Below are positions 62,637-64,000 of a stretch of DNA of 64,000 nt, piece by piece. The notes under the pieces are model-generated. The model ran no database searches. It was not told the DNA's origin and saw only the letters and a program-made list of their open reading frames with translations. Source of the DNA: Heptranchias perlo (taxonomy: Eukaryota); the NCBI RefSeq assembly GCF_035084215.1, contig NC_090363.1:12338001-12402000 (forward strand), written 5' to 3'. Each line of letters starts with the position of its first letter. The stretch's first letter is position 1. The position numbers were made by a program, and so were the translations under genes.

Positions 62637-63532
62637 CGAACCTGATGTCAGTTGTGATCCTGTCCCGGGGAAAGTGCAGTCTCTCCAAAGGAATCACTCG
62701 TTACATGGCGGCCATGGCAGTAGCAGATCTAATGGTTTGCATGTTTAATGTCATTTTGCAAAATATCTTCAGGTATCATTTTCTAGATTCATGGTTGAGC
62801 TACACTTACGTGTGCCGTTTTACTGCTTTTATACAAGTATTTAGCAGCCAACTCTCTGTCTGGTTCACAGTATCATTCACGTTTGACCGCTTCATATCCA
62901 TTTGTTGTCAGAAACTAAAATTAAAATATTGCACAGAAAGAACTGCCACTATAGTTTTAATGATCGTGTGTGCGCTCAGCTTTTTGATGAATATTCCTGT
63001 TTATCTCCGTTATGAGCCCTACTCTATTATTGACGATATACAGTGGGGGTGCCGTACAGTAACAGGATATTATTCTTCATCCGCATGGGTAGCTTACAAA
63101 TGGATTAGCACTCTCTCATCCCTAATTCTCCCATTCCCTTTGTTATTGCTGTTAAATTCTCTCACGGCCAGGCACATCTTAGTGGCCAGTAGATCTCGCA
63201 GAGCCCTGAAGAGCCGCAACAACGGGGATAACAGCAGTGATCCCGAGATGAAGAACCGAAGAACATCCATCATTCTGCTCTTCGCTATCTCGGGCAGTTT
63301 TATTGTGTTGTGGACGCCGATTACTATAATAAACATCTGTGTCGGTGTGACGGAGACACCTACTTTCAAAGGTTCAAACTCACTTTATTTGGCAATTGGA
63401 ATCACACTTCTGCTGATGTATTTGAGCTCCTGCACGAACACATACATTTATGCATTGACCCAGAGGAGATTCCGTGAGGAGATGAAGAATATGGTGAAAT
63501 ATCCATTTACTGTCGTTAAGTTATTTAAATAA
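62637..63532 (+). CDS. GPCR C2 exon 2, GPR139/GPR142-like class A orphan receptor (spliced 321 aa)
   Basis: tttcAG acceptor at 62635-62636 and intact frame. The ORF-track extension 62474-62636 is intron read-through. Confidence 0.92.
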
Positions 63533-64000
63533 TTATATTTTAATTCCTCGCATTTTCCTGGCATCTAGGTTGTTTTTTGCGACTTGAAGTTTTTGGCTGA
63601 GGCCAGTTATTGCACCCATTGGTTCTCATCCTTCCACAACATCAGTTGACCATTTTCCCACCTCACAAGGTGATGGCAGTTACGCTGCTGTTCTAAAACT
63701 CGCCATACCAATGTCAGCAAACGAATCACACCGAATCCTCCAAACATATTGCTGATAGGATAAACTTCACAATGTTTCACAATCGTCTATTTTTTGAACA
63801 ATTGAGCGAGCGAAGTTCCCAATCGGTTCCCGACGATTTGCGGAAGATTCGCTTTGGCTCCCATTGGTGAAGATATCAATTACATAACATAAAGATTCCA
63901 TCTGGTCTGTACGTGCGAGGGCGTCAGATACTCATCAGGGATACTTCTTCTGCGTCCAGTCTGTAAGGATGTCACTGTCGTCCCTGTGTGTAAGGGTTTG

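Larger units (their letters stand above)
34329..64000. repeat. Tandem segmental duplication, copy 2 (units A2-B2-C2, runs off the window end)
   Basis: Near-identical to 1-~31450 apart from substitutions and indels. Examples: 1136-bp deletion at 42720, absence of the 783-bp insertion at 60922, presence of 169 bp at 62586-62754. Confidence 0.97.

Overview
Eukaryotic, repeat-rich vertebrate DNA. The repeat families (CR1, L2, tRNA-SINEs, Penelope-like elements) and receptor type point to a cartilaginous fish; this is inference. The window is a nested tandem gene array. An ~11-12 kb unit carrying one two-exon, + strand class A orphan GPCR (GPR139/GPR142-like) was triplicated long ago into diverged units A (1-12536), B (12537-23779) and C (23780-34328). 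The whole ABC block was then recently duplicated, with an initial offset of 34328 bp (A2 34329-45799, B2 45800-57052, C2 57053-end). There are six receptor copies. Four look intact (B1, A2, B2, C2; 321-322 aa). Two are disabled: A1 by a nonsense codon and C1 by a 169-bp deletion that removes the splice acceptor. The paralogues differ mainly in the extracellular loops and TM4, while TM5-TM7 are nearly identical at DNA level, with patchwork shared variants suggesting gene conversion. Other notable structure includes a young Penelope-like insertion forming a ~360-bp near-perfect hairpin with two hammerhead ribozyme motifs and a 13-bp TSD, a decayed hammerhead just inside intron 1 of every receptor gene, inverted repeats bracketing promoter/exon 1, and a foldback-like inverted pair built from 48-bp repeats downstream of each gene. 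Nearly all other ORFs in the track are LINE fragments, shadows or repeats. TE boundaries are read by eye and approximate.
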